DNA from: Hormiphora californensis
Lineage: Eukaryota > Animalia > Ctenophora
NCBI GenBank assembly: GCA_020137815.1
Contig: CM035353.1
Location: forward strand, 3,968,001 to 4,032,000
Direction of reading: 5' to 3'
Length of the DNA stretch: 64,000 bases
Shown one piece after another: positions 60,789 to 64,000 of this stretch. The notes beneath the pieces were generated by a model. The model was given only the letters and a program-made list of their open reading frames with translations. It was not told the origin of the DNA and ran no database searches. A program made the position numbers and the translations under genes. How positions within the stretch are numbered: the first letter of the stretch is position 1; each line of letters opens with the position of its first letter.

Positions 60789-60833
60789 CAGTTCTGATGA
60801 AATACAATTTTGTATTGAAACATGTGTAAACTG
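60789..60833 (+). ncRNA. Type I minimal hammerhead ribozyme (PLE 3' end)
   Basis: cagtt-CTGATGA-aatacaa/tt/ttgtatt-GAAA-c atgt GTA-aactg; predicted cleavage after 60828. Confidence 0.88.
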
Positions 60834-61793
60834 TTGAACTAAACTTCCTTGTTTTTATTTGTAAACAGCTCCTCCTGGTGAGTAGAGCACTATCCGAGGC
60901 AAGGACAATCAGCTATGACGTCATAGTATAGCGATCCCGTGACTCGGTATAGCACTCTTGGTGGCAGGCACTCTTGGTGGCAGGCGCCACTTCCCCTCTA
61001 AGTTGAGATATCATTATTATGCACATGTGCGTTACATAGAACCCATATAGTGGGTGCCGGGTGTTGTTGAGTATAAAGGGGACACAACAAAGCGGGTGAG
61101 TAAACCTATTTGTGAGGTTTATCTGATCTTGGGTGATTCGATCTCCTTATATATTGGTTTTAGGAATATCGGCTACATATTGTACGGGGGGATGTACATA
61201 TATTGGGGGATCTAGATGCAAGGTTGCAAGGTGAATCTATCGTATCAATCCTGATTAGATCTCACTCATGATATAAAGAATACCATTGATATATTATATA
61301 TAATATATATCACCATACAATATACATAGTCACATACTTACATTTGACATACTTGACTGCACATTTTCAAAAGCGTGGGTATGTAGGAATGTAGTTTCAT
61401 GATTGTTAACACAAGTGCTGCCACCCACGCGATAAGTGTAAGGCATGTCTTCCATACCATGCCGCTGCACATCCTGTAAGCTAACTTATTTTCGCGGTGC
61501 AGCGACATACGTATGTGTGCGATTCTTTCCACCACCCACGACATACACTATATAACAAGCTTACGCTTTTTATTAGAATTGCGCTCCCCTCTGTTTTGTC
61601 CTCCAAGTGTAGCTAGAATAGGGTGATTGGCTAGCAGCTAGTAGGTTTTAACCTTGCACACAGTAGTCATAGCTTTCTATTGCTCCAATTCTGATTTTGA
61701 CAATTTTGACAATTATTTACGTTGTACTATTTACGTTGTACTTGCTCGACCCTGTCTCATTGGCTAGAAAGACTAGAACAAGCACTTATATAT

Positions 61794-62318
61794 GGGGGGG
61801 GGGGGGCCTGCCGCAAAAATCTCAGCTACCCTGTTTTTGGCCGATGATAATTTTGAGATTTTCGGGAAAATTTGCTCAATTACGTTTGAGATTTTTGAGA
61901 TTTTTGTGGTAAATTGGCATAATTTTGGATGCAAATACTCATGGTCTTTCGTCATATTTTTTAGCTTAAAACCAGACTACTATTCTTTTAGTAACTTAAT
62001 TAAGTCAATGTTGTATTTTAGCTCTTTATTAACTTTTGTATTAGAACACAAGGAAAGTTTCTATTCAGAATTTTGATTTTCGTTAAAAAAACACAAGGAT
62101 TGTTTCTATCCCAAATTTTAGGATTAAAATTTTTCCTTTCTATGAGATTTTGTGAGAAAAATTTGCGCTTTTGCCTGGAAAAATCGCAGATTTGCCTCAA
62201 AAATCTCATTAATCTCACGCTTTTTGGCCGAAAATCGAAAATCTCAAAACTCACAGCTATCCTAAAAATCGCCAATGAGGCATGAGATTCTTGCGGCAGC
62301 CCCCCCCCCCCCCCCCCC
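61794..62318. mobile_element. Poly-G/poly-C-tipped TIR element flanked by atatat
   Basis: gggg..ctgccgcaaaaatctca / tgagattcttgcggcagcccc. Confidence 0.75.
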
Positions 62319-62964
62319 ATATATTGCAGTAGATCCAGTCTATATAATAAACTACCCTCATGTAGATCCAGTCTATATAATCAATTACCCTCGTGTAAAT
62401 ACAAGCAATTACCCTCGTGTAAATTATTGGAAGTTGAGGTGTGCGTGGGCGACACATCATGTCCCCTGCATCAATATTCCCGAGTCTTGATTGGTTTGGT
62501 TAGGTTTGATAGACTGTACCTCGCACTGCGCCCAGAGGTTTGTTACGAAGTCACTCCCTGTTATTATCATTACCAAGCCCAGAGGACGCCTGGCTAAAAT
62601 GGTACCGTTGTATCCGTCTGTGATCTGCGGCGTCATTGCCTTGAGCATAGCTCACCCAGTCTGGTATTTGTACTAATATATCTACGCTTACGTGTACTTG
62701 CTTGATCCTCTCTCATCGGCCCCTGTTGTCAAATAGGGTTAGAACAACATTGCACAGCACTCCTGATTTCACTATCTGTCTTATGTAGCGTTAGATTGAG
62801 TGACATTGAGGATCACCAGCTCGGTGCGGAACGATGAAAACTACTAATATCCAGAAGCTCATCATCACATGTATAGGTAAGATTTATTTTTGTGATAATC
62901 TCTATAGTAACAACAGTCAAACCTTTATATATATTAGTTACCGGAACTCTATTTACGGTCAATT

Positions 62965-64000
62965 GGGGGGGGGGCGACATGTTAATTGTTAATAAATCAC
63001 CTCTTTTTTTCGATTTTGTTAATTAACGTTAATTAACAAAATTAACAAAGTTAACAAATGCTAAAAGACTGTTCTTATTGGTTGATAATACGACTTTAAC
63101 TGGTTTAATTTTATAGTTTAATGACTTAGGGTAAACCGGGGCAATTCGAACAACCGGGGCAATTCGAACAATGTACTGCCCGTCTCTCACCTAGTTAAGC
63201 TATCATAATGACGTCATCCTATCTCCAGAAGAAAACTGCTCGTTCGAGCCTGCCCGTTACCACTAAATAGGCTCTAGATCCGGTTTAAGTTGGTCAATTT
63301 CCGATTTGAAAAAACCAGCTGAAAGCTAATAATATCAGCTTTCAGATGGTATAAAAATTATTTAAATATTCGCATGTTTTCATTCCAAATTCTGGTAAAT
63401 TAAGATTACCGGGGCAATTCGAACAACCGGGGCAATTCGAACAGGGGCAATTTGGTTAACACCCGGGCCAATGATGTGCAGTTCTTTGTACCACGTGATC
63501 ACGCGTGATACCGGGGCAATTCGAACAAGAACGACCAGCGTTGAGCGTGTAGATTGCGTGTAGATTACATTGTTCGAATTGCCCCCACCTCTAACAACAC
63601 CAGGCGGAAATCTTCTTCTGGTGTTGTGAGGACGTTCACGTGACGAAATAAAGCACTCCTATTGGTGTTGTCCGAATTGCCCCGGTACCATTTTTTCCGA
63701 CCAAAATTTTTAAATTAGTTATTTAGTTAAGTAAATGATGGTCCCTAGAGTTGAAATTTATCTTATTTGAAAGATAAAATAATGAACTTTAATCCTATAT
63801 AATTTTTTTCATTGTATCTTTTTTTAAATGGGAGTGAGAACCGATTAAGTAGAAAGTTAACCATTTTGCCCCGGTTTACCCTACCTAACACATACATACC
63901 CAAACAAGGCCTTTTCCGATAACCAAAGTCCGACATACAGATTTTTGGCTCAAAATCGATGAAAATCCAAAAGTTGCAAATATTTCAATTTAGCGTATAA
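62965..64000 (+). mobile_element. Copy of the 55034 family with a nested TA-TSD element at 63129-63881 (gggtaaaccggggc TIR)
   Basis: Empty site acttacctaacac at about 55192; internal accggggcaattcgaaca repeats. Confidence 0.85.

Larger units (their letters stand above)
58095..60913 (-). mobile_element. Penelope-like retroelement (possibly Naiad clade), 5'-truncated, with an inverted copy of about 980 bp of its 3' end, a 50-nt tail and a 17-bp TSD
   Basis: TSD tatgacgtcatagtata at 58078-58094 and 60914-60930; inverted arm 59881-60863. Confidence 0.93.

Noticed and set aside
60734-60790. SECIS in the PLE 3' UTR (ATGA...AAA...TGAT)
   Set aside because: No supporting helix, and no in-frame TGA in the ORF present
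61338-62700. Possible further nested minus-strand exons or the next CKAP5 exon
   Set aside because: No recognisable homology; the expected TOG5 continuation was not found

Overview
Eukaryotic (animal) genomic DNA, most likely a cydippid ctenophore (Pleurobrachia/Hormiphora-like). That call is inferred from copies of a ctenophore-type spliced-leader (SL) sequence, the ubiquitous 109-bp CAGGAACCGACCGAA MITE and a GRL101-like LDLa-GPCR. Genes: a Sulfotransfer_2 (CHST-like) sulfotransferase, the two 3'-terminal exons of MAD1, a 4-exon LDLa-GPCR with one frameshift, and a long multi-exon XMAP215/CKAP5 gene (from 30313, + strand, running off the window). CKAP5 introns contain three nested genes: a basic protein with nine MLCK-like putative calmodulin-binding motifs, a secreted and probably GPI-anchored poly-Asn protein with protease-site-delimited repeats, and an intronless papain-family protease fused to a ShKT domain. 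A recent Penelope-like retroelement with two hammerhead ribozymes also lies in a CKAP5 intron. Intergenic and intronic DNA is rich in foldback DNA transposons, MITEs and CR1 remnants. Most notable: SL sequence is fused to the 5' ends of retroelement copies, and tandem repeats repeatedly duplicate splice sites. Three stretches (about 500-2340, 17330-18690, 38190-38420) look like low-quality sequence, and 36.5-38.2 kb is probably a second haplotype. Exon calls were made by eye and no database searches were run.
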